Shown here: positions 53,557-64,000 of the stretch, one piece after another
Numbering within the stretch: the stretch's first letter is position 1
How the letters are laid out: each line of letters opens with the position of its first letter
DNA from: Callorhinchus milii
Taxonomy: Eukaryota
Direction of reading: 5' to 3'
Assembly: GCF_018977255.1 (NCBI RefSeq)
Contig: NW_024704742.1
Location: forward strand, 124,250,001 to 124,314,000
DNA length: 64,000 bases
Notes under the pieces: generated by a model
Told to the model about the DNA's origin: nothing
The model's database searches: none
Seen by the model: only the letters and a program-made list of their open reading frames with translations
Translations under genes and position numbers: made by a program

Positions 53557-53932
53557 TGGGGGATTGGTTGGTTCATTGGGTTGGAACATTGTCCTTTCAC
53601 CTCTGCTACTTGAGTACAAATTTGGTGCAAATTGATGAGATGAAAGTCTTACTTCTGCTGACTAAGGGTTGTAATTAAAATTAGTTTGGGTGGTCTTAAT
53701 CCAGTTCCCATTGGTTGTGAGTCCATTATTACAAAACTGCTCACAATTTATAACTAATTGGCAGTCTCACACAGGAAAACGATCACAAATAGTTGGGGTG
53801 GGAAATGGAAATCTCAGCCAAGCGCACAAAGGGGTTATCTTTTGAAGTTAAGACTTGGCGTGTTCCAAACACTGGGTGCAAAAGGCATTGGGATTTCTCA
53901 TCTTAACGAGCACAAAAATTAACAAAAAAATT
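53557..53932 (+). mobile_element. LF-SINE-like element
   Basis: Ordered matches to the recalled LF-SINE consensus: cctttcacctct, gggtggtcttaatccagttccc, acaaaactgctcacaatt..actaattggcagtctca, and 3' acgagcacaaaaattaacaaaaaaatt. Confidence 0.75.
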
Positions 53933-54027
53933 CTGTCAAGCATATAAAACAAATTTCAAATGTATTGAATATATTCCTCCCCCATCCAATTTAAATCCCC
54001 ATTTTTTTTCCTCTTTACCACTTTTAG

Positions 54028-54087
54028 GTTTCAGCATTAAAGCTATTCCATTTTCGAATGCTGTCCTGAATGTGAAAGAACTTGGAG
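54028..54087 (+). CDS. ARL15: ARL15 coding exon 3
   Basis: 60-nt exon after a polypyrimidine tract and ttttAG, ending G|GTATGT. Phase joins exon 2. Encodes (G)FSIKAIPFSNAVLNVKELG(G) versus human GFSIKAVPFQNAILNVKELGG. Confidence 0.96.
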
Positions 54088-54107
54088 GTATGTCATTTGA
54101 ACAAAAT

Positions 54108-54190
54108 TGCTGTGGACTTTGTTATGACACGGTGGTTGGGAACCGTATAAACCCAACTTATAATAAAAAGTTATAGATGGTTTCACTGTA
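54108..54190. mobile_element. Tiny Tigger-like MITE remnant
   Basis: Imperfect terminal inverted ends tgctgtggactttgttatgac / gttatagatggtttcactgta. Confidence 0.35.
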
Positions 54191-54239
54191 CACTTACTCT
54201 TTTCCCACTCACAGTTGGGGTTTTGTGATAAAATGTCTG

Positions 54240-54370
54240 ACCTGCAGGTTATTTGATCACCGTTGAAGTCACTTCCGGATACAGCAGGAAGTGATATCAG
54301 TAGCGACCTAATTACCCGGAATTCATCAATTTTAATGTGAAAAGTTGGCTGGCGTGCAAGAGGTCAGCTT
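54240..54370. repeat. Palindromic element, copy 2
   Basis: ggttatttgatcaccgttgaagtcacttcc / ggaagtgatatcagtagcgacctaattacc. The downstream flank aligns with 370-423. Confidence 0.55.
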
Positions 54371-55264
54371 TGAATATGCACAGTGAATATGGTTGACACT
54401 GCTACCACGTTATAACTGAATTCGAGCAATAAAAGGGCTGACCTGTAATTTATTGATCGAAAAATGTTTTTCTTTGAAAAGTGAACTATGAGACAGCAGC
54501 AAGTATAATCAAAATAGTTCTCATTACCGCTGTATACTCTTCAATTCTGGACAGTTTGGAATGGCAAACATAGGATTGAATGATTTCCATTGTCTTGAAA
54601 ACAAAATTATACAATTACAGCGTTTCTTAGTTTTAAGCAATACAAAACAATTATCAAGGGAGTACAAGGCAAGGATATTTATTAAAACCACACTACATCT
54701 TAAAAAGTTAAATGTATAGTAAGTTCATCGGAATTCTAAAGCGCATTCTTGGTTGGGAATATCATAACAACCTTGGGCTAAACAAACCTTCAGTATTTTT
54801 GGCGTTAGCTCTACTACTTAAGAATATTTTTGTTGGCATTACGTATTGTTACAGGATGAAGTTACTGTATCAAATAGGCCAAAATATTTCTAGCTGGGGG
54901 TTTAATTTTTTGGGCTTTGGATGTATCAACTATATTAAATGTATGGTGAAATTGAAGGAAATCTACGTTCTTCCTTCGATTGCCTCCTGCTTGCTGACTC
55001 AATATTTTTACTGTCAGAATGCCACAGGGAGCTTAGCTTGTAAGATGCTTACTCCAGCAGTGCAAATGCTTGGATGGTTTCAGTGACATCCGATGTTGAA
55101 TATTATCATTGGTACATCTCAAGCTCATCTCCTCAGAAAAACAGTGAAATATTGGAGAGGATTTAGAGAACAACAGGGAATGTTTCAAATCATATTTAGA
55201 GCTATTACAACATCACAATTCTGATGTTCATTTCTGATTTATGGTACCATTTGAACCTCTAAAT

Positions 55265-55690
55265 ATTAATCCTTGCATTTTATATAGCATCTTCCATGTC
55301 AGATATCTTTCACAAAGGTCATCACAAAGTGCTTCGCAGGATTTACCGTAAAGTTTAGTGACTGTGCATTTTGTAAGTGAACATGGCAACTAAGTTGTAC
55401 AGCAATGAACCACAAATAGCCATGAAGTGAATGACCAATTTTACTTTTGAGGACTTGCTGGTTAGGACACTGGAAGTGGGTCTCTTCTCTTTTCAAATTG
55501 TGCCATGGGATCTTTAATGTCCAACTGAACAGGCAGAAAGAACCTAAGTTTAACGTCTCATCCAAAGAACATAACTTCTTTTTCGTCAACCAGGTGTCTG
55601 ATACATGCGGATGGCTGGCTGAGCAAAAAAACCAACACAGCACACCCTGGAGTGTCAGCCATATAAGTACAAAGTCCCAATGTGGGTTAA
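55265..55690 (-). mobile_element. Old DeuSINE
   Basis: Reverse Deu motifs gccatgggatctttaatgtcc and gtttaacgtctcatcc. Confidence 0.75.
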
Positions 55691-56589
55691 AAGAGCCGCT
55701 TTTTCCTTCTGGTTACCATGCCCAGTCACTGATAGGTAGGCGTCAGCAAAAGCATCGACAATAACAGTTGGCACCTTGCCACTGTGCTGCTTCTTGCAAA
55801 GCTATTCATGTTATCCCATACATATTACTAAGAAAAAATATTCCTGGTGTCAGGTCCATGCTATCCAAAATCCCACTGTTAGTTCTATGATTTCAAAAAT
55901 TATAGTGAGATTGTCAGTGCAATAATCCTTATTATTATCCTTATTGTTAGTCGATCTTATTGTTTTTATCATTGAATTCTGGAGGTGCTCAAATGAGAAT
56001 TGTTACAGTTTCTGTTGAGTACACAACACTGCAAAGTACAACGGTTGACTCTTTTTGCCTCAGGCACCCCTGCTTTTGAATCCAGATTGTTTCTAAGTAA
56101 CTATTTCTGAATTACTTGATAGACTTGATCCCTGATGCATTTGTTACCGTGGTGTTCAAAGTGTCTCCCTATTATGAGGGAAGAGCTGTATTGGTCAGTT
56201 TTCACCAGGCTGATTGTAATGTGTAGAAAATATTAAATAAAAAGCCTTGTAGCAAGATGTCCATATAGATCGATAGGGTGAAGATAATTCCCCCCTGTTT
56301 TCTGTAATTGAAACTGAATCAGCACAGTGGGACACCCATTAAAGCAGCAATGCACAAGACCACAGGACGCAGAAATACGTATTTAATACATGATTCCACA
56401 TAAATTCCTCAATTTGGCAGTTTGTGTTGGGGATGCACCAATAGAATAAAGATTGGGTACCTTCCCTGCAAGGAAAGGGGAAATGGAGTAGGATTTGTAT
56501 GAATTCCTCTCACGGATTATTATTATTATATAATATATTATAATATAATTACATATAATAATATATTATGTATTATTATATAATCTATA

Positions 56590-56952
56590 TAATAATAATC
56601 CTTGCATTTGATATAGCGCCTTATCACGTCTTTGAGACGTCTCAAAGCATTTCACAGAATATACTGTAAAATTAATTAACTGTGTATTTTGTGGGCGAAA
56701 CGAGGCAGCCATTTGTGCACAGCAGTATCCCACAAACAGTCATGGATTGAAGTGACCCATTTATTATTTTTTAAGGAATTATTACCCCCGGAAAAGTGAT
56801 CCACCAATCGACTAACAATCCGGATCCTACTTACTGCTAAGTAAACAGAGTTTGGAGTAAGGAAACTTAACCAAAATTTAGCCCTGCTGGAATTGAACCC
56901 AGGTCTCTCTCTTGTGAGGCGAGTACTCTAATCACTGAGCTACAGGACTCCA
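56590..56952 (-). mobile_element. tRNA/Deu SINE (long variant)
   Basis: Full reverse copy ending cactgagctacaggactccac. Confidence 0.9.
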
Positions 56953-56959
56953 CTTTTGT

Positions 56960-58668
56960 CTTCAACATGGTAACCTCCATGAAGTCCACCACCTACTCCC
57001 TTGACCCCATCACTACCCCTCTCCTTAAATAATAAATAATAATAATAATCCTTGCATTTGATATAGCGCTTTTCACGTCGGGAGGACGTCCCAAAGCGCT
57101 TCACAGAACACACTGTAAAGTGAATTGACTGTATATTTGTGGGCGAACGCGGCAGCCAATTGCGCACAGCAATGTCCCACAAACAGTCGTAGATTGAAAA
57201 TGACCAATTTAATTATTGTTTTTAGTTTTGGAGGGATTATTATTAGGCGTGTGGAGTAAGGAAACTTGCCCAAGGTTTCGCCCTGCCTGGAATTGAACTC
57301 AGGTCTCTCACTTGCAAAGCGAGTGCTCTAACCACTGAGCTACAGGACTCCACAAATCCCAGCTCCACCTCCTTGCCCCACTACTCGTCGACATCATTAA
57401 CCTCTCCCTGTCATCTGGCACTGTTCTTTCCCCCCTCAAAACAGCCACTATCACCCCCACCTTGAAGAAATCTTCCCTCGACCACGGAAACTGCTCTGGT
57501 CAAAGTCACAAACGACATCCTGACTCTGTGTGACCAGGGTTCCCTCTGCCTCCTTGCCCTCCTCAACCTCTCTGCCGCCTTTGACGCCGTGGACCACTCA
57601 ATCCTCCTCCGCCGCCTCTCCTCCCACCTCAACCTTCAAAGTTCTGTCCTTGACTGGTTCAGGTCCTACCTTTTACACTGCCTCCACTTTGTCACAGCAA
57701 ACGGCTTCTCCTCCAGCCCCCGCACTGTCTTGAGCGGTGTTCCTCAGGGCTCGTCCTCGGTCCCCTCCTCTTCACCCTCTCCATGCTCTCTCTCCACCCT
57801 GAACTCCTTGACTATCGGGGTCCTGACCGACTGCCTGTCCGACATCAAGTCCTGGACGAGGTCCAACCTGGGCAGTATCAGCCTCCACGGCTGCACACTC
57901 AACCTCACTAAGCCAGTCAGGAACCTGGGCATCTTGTTTGACCCTGAACTGTCCTTTCTCCCCCACATCCGCGCCATGCCCGGCACTGCCTACCACCACC
58001 TCCACACTATTGCCAGACTCAGCCACTGCCTCACCCCTCAGGCTGCCGAAATCCTTACCCACGCATTCGTCACCTCAAGGCTTGATTACGGGAACTCCCT
58101 CCTCATCGGCCTTTCCCAGCTCTTCCCTTCACAAGCTGCAGATCATCCAAAACTCTGCAGCTCGTGTACTCTCACGCACCAGGCTCAGTAATCCCATCAC
58201 TCCCACCCTCGCCCAACTCCACTGGCTCCCCAACCCCCAGAGGATCAAGTTCAAGATCCTCCTCCTCACCTTTAAGGCCATCCATGGCCATGCCCCCTCC
58301 TACCTCTATGACCTGCTGACTCCCTACCAACCTGCCCGCTCCCTCCATTCAGCGGGCTCCGGCCTGCTCCATGTCTCCCACCCGACCCGCCCTACCATTG
58401 GCAGCCAGGCTTTCAGTCTCTCTGCCCCCACACTCTGGAACTCATTCCCACGGTCCCTTCGCCTCGCTTCCTCCCTTGCCTCCTTCAAGGCCGGTCTCAA
58501 GACCCTTCTCTTCGACCGTGCCTTTGGTCTCCCTCCCACCTCTCTGCCTTCCCTCACCCCTACACTACCCCTCCCGCAGGCTCGGGCCCCGACACCTGAC
58601 TGTTCAGCGCTTTGGGACGTCCGCCCAATGTGGAAGGCGCTCTATAAATGTCATTTTGTTGTTGTTTA
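56960..58668 (+). mobile_element. Decayed L2 (subfamily B-like) interrupted by a SINE
   Basis: MKSTTYSLDPITTPLLK continues after the SINE as SQLHLLAPLLVDIIN. RT-region and 3' motifs, with tail tggaaggcgctctataaatg..gttgttg. Confidence 0.92.
57030..57353 (-). mobile_element. Young tRNA/Deu SINE inside L2
   Basis: Reverse complement of the 13081/50949 copies. Confidence 0.93.
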
Positions 58669-60339
58669 TGTAATCTCTGGGAATTCTTTGCCTTTGCCTT
58701 GACAAAGATTTCAAACAATAAAAGCTTTTTACCTATACTAAGGTCCTGGAGTTGGGGCTCTCTCCCTCCCATCCTGCTCCATTGAAGCATGTTTGAAGCA
58801 GCTCCACAGAAATTTGGGGAGGGAGCAATTTGACAGCCACACTACCATGACTTTCTCTGCTATTTCTCCAGTGGTCCAAGCTTGATAAAGTAGAGCTCCA
58901 TGCTTTGCATTAAAATTGAAGTGAGTTTGAAATGTGTAACTTCAGCCATCTCCTCCCATCAGTTTTTAAATTCAACATTAGAGGGACATTTCGAGCTCTG
59001 CAGTATTAAAGCAGTATTTGTTTCTCTTTCACATTCTGTCACTATTTTCTCGAAACCGTATTTTAAAATTAATGCCGAAGCAGTGGTCTCAAGTTCACTA
59101 GATTCTGGATTGCAATAAAATCTTAAGGATGTTTAATAACCATTAAAGGATAAGTCTATTCTTTCTAAGCTGGATTTGTATCAAGTTTTAAGTAGTGAAA
59201 TGAATCAAATCGAGGTATAAATTTGTGTCTTTGCTCTAAAAATGTAGGTTGTGAGGAATGGAATTATGACATCTACATCTGAGCAATAATGCAAGGGTTG
59301 CTATTATAATCTGTTACCTTATAGATCCCAAAGCCTTTTGTCAAACATCAGTGATATTCCGTATATCAAATGCTGGTGTACTTTTTGAAATTGGATTCAT
59401 TACGCATCTGAACCATCTGCTTTCTCATAACTGTGTCTGCAAGAAGTGATGTCATCTCAGTAAAAAAATATAATTGAGGTCTTTCCAAACTTTCTCTGGG
59501 TCCCTTTTGGTAACTAGTACACACAATAATATCAGTGCATTGGATCTTGTGTATGTAAACATTCTACGCTTGAAGACTTTTCAGCTCAGTTTCATGAATA
59601 TTTTATTGGATTTCTAATTTTTCTTGGCAAAAATACTGATATTTTCCACAAATGTTCTCTTTTTCTCTCTGTTCATGCTTTCTTAGTTGAATTTCTACCT
59701 ACAAATACACAGTCATCACACTGCACAATAACTCCTGTGAAGCACTTTCAAATATCTGAACGATGTGATAAGACGCCACATCAAATGCAAGGATTATTAA
59801 TACCTGTCCAATGGATCTCAGGGCTCTCTCCTTGGTTATCTCCTAATCCTCAATTATTTGTTGATAATAATTTCGCAGAATTTTGCATAAGTATGGTGTT
59901 AGCTTCCATATGTATGCTCATGACCCAAATCTGCCTCATTGCCACTACCTTGGACTTCAGAACTGGTGCGTTCTGAGTGACTGAGTGTCTGATAAACAGT
60001 CCCAAGATGGAACTTTTTGCAGCTAAGCATCAACAATATTGAAGCCATCTTGTTTGTTCTCACAAGCACCTAAAGTGCCCTTTCATTGATTTATCTGGAT
60101 GTACCAGTGGTCTAAATCTTGACATTCTATTTGACCTGAGCTGAGGTTCAAACCACATATTGCCACGAATATATTTTTCCACCTCTGGAACGTATCCTGC
60201 TGAACACCTTACCTAATCCTCACTGAAGGGAGAAAATCCTTATCCATCCTTTCATTACTTTGAGGTTAGATTTCTCCTGTACACTCCTCCCCAGCGCCGC
60301 AAGCTTCAGTTGATATAGATTCTGTCATTTGAGATCTGC

Positions 60340-61762
60340 GTGCACACTACCATCCCATCTCCAACCTACTCTTTCTTGCCAAAGTCCTGGAACGCATTGT
60401 TGCAGGTCAACTTCGGTCATACCTCTCCCTCCACTCCCTCCTTAAGCCCCTGCAGTCTGGTTTTCGCCCTGCCCACAGCACAGAGACAGCGCTTGTCAAA
60501 GTCACAAATGACATTCTCTCTATCTGTGATCAGGGCTCCCTCTGCCTCCTCGTCCTCCTGGATCTTTCTGTTGCGTTCGACACAGTCGACCACCCATCCT
60601 CCTCCATTGGCTCTCTTCCCTCATCTACCTTAGTGGGACTGCACTCGCATGGTTCAAGTCCTACTTAACCAACTGCCTCCATTTCATCTCAGCAAATGGT
60701 TTCTCCTCCCGCCCCCACCCGGTCACCTGCAGGGTACATCAGGGCTCCATCCTTGGCCTCTTCTTTTCCTTATCTATATGCTCTCTCTGGGTGATGTCAT
60801 CCGCAGACATGGGGTAAACTTCCACATGTTTGCGAATGACACACAAATCTACTTTGCCTTCTCCATACCAACTCCAGGTCCACCGTTGTTCTATCAGCTT
60901 GTCTGGCAGACATCAGGGCCTGGATAAGTGCAAACTTCCTGTAGCTGAATGTGGACAAGACGGAAGCCATACTCTTTGGCTTCCATCAACGTCTTCGCTC
61001 TTTGCGGATTTAAACTCCTCAACCTCCCTGGGCTCTCCCTCAGACTCACCAAACCAGTGTGGAATCTAGGCATCCAGTTCGACCCTAACTGTCCTTCCTT
61101 CCCCACATCCGGTCCCTGACCAGGACCACCTTCTTCCACCAACGCCACATTGCCCCCCTCTGACCATACCTTACCCTAAATGCAACCGAAATCCTCGAGC
61201 GTGCACTTGTCACCTCCCACCTGGACTACTCCAACGCACTCCTCGTCGGTCTTCCCAGCTCCACCATTCACAAGATCCAGCTCATTCAAACTCTGCCACC
61301 CGAATACTGACCCGGACCAAACTCCGTACCCACATCTCATCAGTTCTGGCCAGGCTCCACTGGCTCCCCATCACCGAACGGATCGACTTCAAGATCCTCA
61401 CACTCGTGTTCAAATCCCTTCATCCCTGGCACCTCCCTACCTCTCCGACCTCCTCACTCCCTAATCCACCACCCGGCGCCTCCACTCGACTGGCACCGGC
61501 CTCCTACTCGTCCCTCGCACCCTCCACCCCACCATCAGAGGTTGTGCTTTCAGCCACTGCGCCCCAAAACCTGTAACACTCTCCCTCAATCCCTCTGCCT
61601 TGCCTCCTCTCTCCCCTCTTTCAAGTCCCGCCTAAAAACTTTCCTGTTTGACAGTTCTTACGGCCACCTCCCCCCGGCTCGGAGTCAGGCTCCACCACTG
61701 TTAAGCACTCTGAGACATTATCCTGCATGGATGGTGCCATATAAGTGCAAGTTATTGTTGTT
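60340..61762 (+). mobile_element. Decayed L2 RT/3' region
   Basis: cagtctggttttcgccctgcccacagcacagagacagc ([12 protein letters not shown]), HMFANDTQ, tail gcaagttattgttg; many frameshifts. Confidence 0.92.
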
Positions 61763-62729
61763 GCCCTGTACAAGGCTCCACACAACGATTGCAATCAATG
61801 AACTCCCTCCTTACCAAGCTATATTGCTTCCCATTACCTCAGGGAATCAAATTTCAATATCCTCTCTGTGGTCTAATCTGCATATGCAGGTTTCTGCAGC
61901 GCTACATTCCAGCCATATCCTCCGCTGTTCTGACTTTGGTTTATTGCTCATTCCCATTACTCCATTATCAGTGGCAAAGCCTCTCAGCTGCAGTGGCTAT
62001 GTCTTCTAAATTTCTTCCGGAATTATTTTGCCTAGCTGACTCCCTTCTTGTCATCTAAAAACCTTTTTTTAAAAAATCTATCTCTTAACAATACTTTTTG
62101 GTCAACATTGTCAAATCTTCTTATTTCCATGCTCAGAGTTACTGCAACAATTGTCAAGTGGTTTGAGATGTTATTGTATGTGAAAAGAAATATATAAAAC
62201 CTGATTGATTACTCTGGTTGAACCAATGGTCTGCAACCTTGACATTCTACTTGACCCTGGGCTGAATTTTAACGACGCAGTTTTCTACCAACTGGGCTTT
62301 TCTTCACTCCAAAGAAGTGTTCTATTTGCGTCCTGTACAGTTGGAGTCGTATCCAGACTCCAAGGCAGGTTTCGTCACCGTAATCACGGCTTCCTCATCC
62401 GAGGAAGAAAAAGAACTTTCATTGCTGATGGAGCTCAGGTTGATATTTAGCAACATGTACAAAGAAAGCCTAAAATCTAAAGCAAGATGATTAGAAATGA
62501 GGTCAGGAACCATTTCTTCACACAATATAATATAATAGTTCTTGCATTTTGATATAGTGCATCATCACATCTACAAAGACTTCTCAAAGCGCCTCACAGA
62601 ATATACTGTAAAGTAAATTGACTGTATATATTTTGTGGATGAAACACGGCAGCCAATTGCGCACAGCCATGTCCCACAAACAGTCATTGATTGAGTGACC
62701 AATTAGACAGAATGAATATGGATGTTTAA

Positions 62730-62885
62730 AAGAGCAATAGATGGTTACAGTACTTGGTTAGTAGAGGTTTTAAGTATATGATGAAAAGGCGGAGCATAGA
62801 GATTAAAAGGTTTGCCAAGATCAAATTAACTGGTGGAACTGGCTCAATGGTTATGAATGGCTACCTCTTCTCCTATGTTCCTATG
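62730..62885 (+). mobile_element. CR1 3' end remnant
   Basis: gaatggctacctcttctcctatgttcctatg terminus, like 1750-1786. Confidence 0.6.
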
Positions 62886-64000
62886 AATTCATAATACTGG
62901 AACAAAATATCTACTTAGTCTTGTAAACTTTAAAGTAGTTGTAATTATATTTTTAACTAGAATTACATAGGATGATACTAAAATGTTACTAAAGACTATC
63001 TTATAATTAAGACTATTACTTCAATTACTTTATTTTAAGACATCCTCCCTACTTAAAAGACGCTATACAAATGTAATTTGTTGTTACTTTACTTATACTT
63101 CTGTGTGTCGGTATGTATTTTCTTATGATGTTTTTGCCAAAAGATGGGTAATTCTCCGTTTAGTAGCAAATCTTTTAACATGCTGAGAATGGGTTCACAA
63201 AAATAAGGGCATGACAATAAATTGGCCACTTGTGGTAATCAGGTCCGAATAACCCTCAATAAACCCAAATTACTTCCATTGTCTGCAAATCCTTAATTGC
63301 CATTGCCTCTTAACCTTTAATAAACCTCAGTGTCTATAAACAGCCAGGGAGGTACAGTATTTTGTGAGCAGTGCTTGGATTTTTAGGTAATGATTAATAG
63401 AATATTTTAGAGTAGTGAACTGTATATCAAATTTGTAGTGAAAGTTAGATATCTATATGCAGTAGCTTAAAGAAGGTATTAAATACAATTATGTAAAATC
63501 ATAGGAAAGAATATTTAAACAATCTGTAATAAAGTTACTTTTTTAAAATGAGAAATTGGTAGAAGAGTGAGTACGACTATGTTGGTCTACAAACATAGAC
63601 CGAATCATGTCATTTGTTGTCTTTGGTTGGACTTAAACTAATATATTAAGATGCGCAATGTTTTGGAATTGGATTGGTCTACATAAAAACGGGATCAGTC
63701 TTTTCTTCCTTTTACCTCAAGGTTATGAATTTGATCTCTTATGTTAATCTGACAAGATAACTGCTTCATCTGTTCTACGAGGGACACAAAACATCTCTCT
63801 ATCTTGTGGTACAGAACCTCTACTTGCCACTGTGTTTGTTATTAAAAAATGGACATTTTCATACATAAATCTTTGAGCAATGTTTTTTTAACAAATTTTC
63901 ATGCATACTTTAGGCACTGTATTTTTAAAAAGTAATGAATTTAAGAGATAAAATTAGCCACTGATTTTAAAACAAACATTTTCCTTTTTCAACTTTCTTT

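Noticed and set aside
56520..56600. AT-only stretch (also 47905-47990)
   Set aside because: Degenerate (AAT)n/(TA)n microsatellite; the 56520 tract adjoins a SINE tail.

Overview
Vertebrate genomic DNA, most likely a cartilaginous fish (holocephalan/elephant-shark-like, inferred from the repeat content). The window appears to lie inside the ARL15 gene on the + strand. Only two short coding exons are present (50178-50322 and 54028-54087, matching human exons 2 and 3); the rest reads as intron. The introns hold L2-clade LINEs (two subfamilies, two near-full-length decayed copies), CR1 3' fragments, young tRNA-headed Deu-domain SINEs with L2-type tails, older SacSINE1/AmnSINE1-like copies, an LF-SINE-like element, a DIRS tyrosine-recombinase fossil and small MITE remnants. 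I found no intact novel multi-gene system. The most unusual observations are a two-copy palindromic element forming a ~98-nt hairpin, an unexplained coiled-coil-like ORF between 13-bp inverted repeats, a covarying 3' stem-loop shared by LINEs and SINEs, and long local direct duplications around insertions. Family names come from recalled consensus motifs, not database searches, and TE boundaries are approximate.
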